Assembly: GCA_038087875.1 (NCBI GenBank)
Contig: CM075986.1
Location: 930,001 to 994,000 of the forward strand
DNA from: Malacoraja senta
Taxonomy: Eukaryota
Length of the DNA stretch: 64,000 bases
Direction: 5' to 3'
Below the pieces are notes generated by a model. It was not told the DNA's origin. It ran no database searches and was given only the letters and a program-made list of their open reading frames with translations. Positions 63,921 to 64,000 of this stretch are shown here, piece by piece. The first letter of the stretch is position 1. Each line of letters starts with the position of its first letter. The translations under genes and the position numbers were made by a program.

Positions 63921-64000
63921 GGAAGGAATGGATAGATGTCGCTTCCAGTTGGGACCCTTCTTCAAAGTCTGAAACTTTTTCTGTCGATTCCCTTCACAGA

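Overview
Eukaryotic, vertebrate-type sequence; the HE1-like V-SINEs and HER1/CR1-like LINE tails suggest a cartilaginous fish such as a skate, ray or shark. The window is essentially intronic or intergenic and dominated by nested transposable elements. It contains three DIRS1-type tyrosine-recombinase retroelements with recognisable ITR/ICR ends (one truncated at the window edge, two decayed and probably non-autonomous). It also holds a young CR1 LINE with an open ORF2, a HERO-like RLE-type LINE inserted in a DIRS YR gene, a full-length Rex1/Babar LINE with a perfect 5' snap-back hairpin, and L1 and Tx1 fragments with TSDs. Smaller elements include Penelope-like GIY-YIG fragments, hAT and PIF/Harbinger MITEs (one carrying a Penelope ORF fragment) and many SINEs. 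The most striking signal is roughly 15-20 short Penelope-derived elements carrying a minimal hammerhead-ribozyme core (CTGAAGA-A-GGGTCnnGACCC-GAAACGTC). Several are self-contained palindromes or ~80-100 bp solo units with their own target-site duplications. No host gene can be named; one 114-nt minus-strand exon candidate and one 18-nt microexon candidate were seen. There is a 153-N assembly gap. All calls are by eye; no database searches were run.
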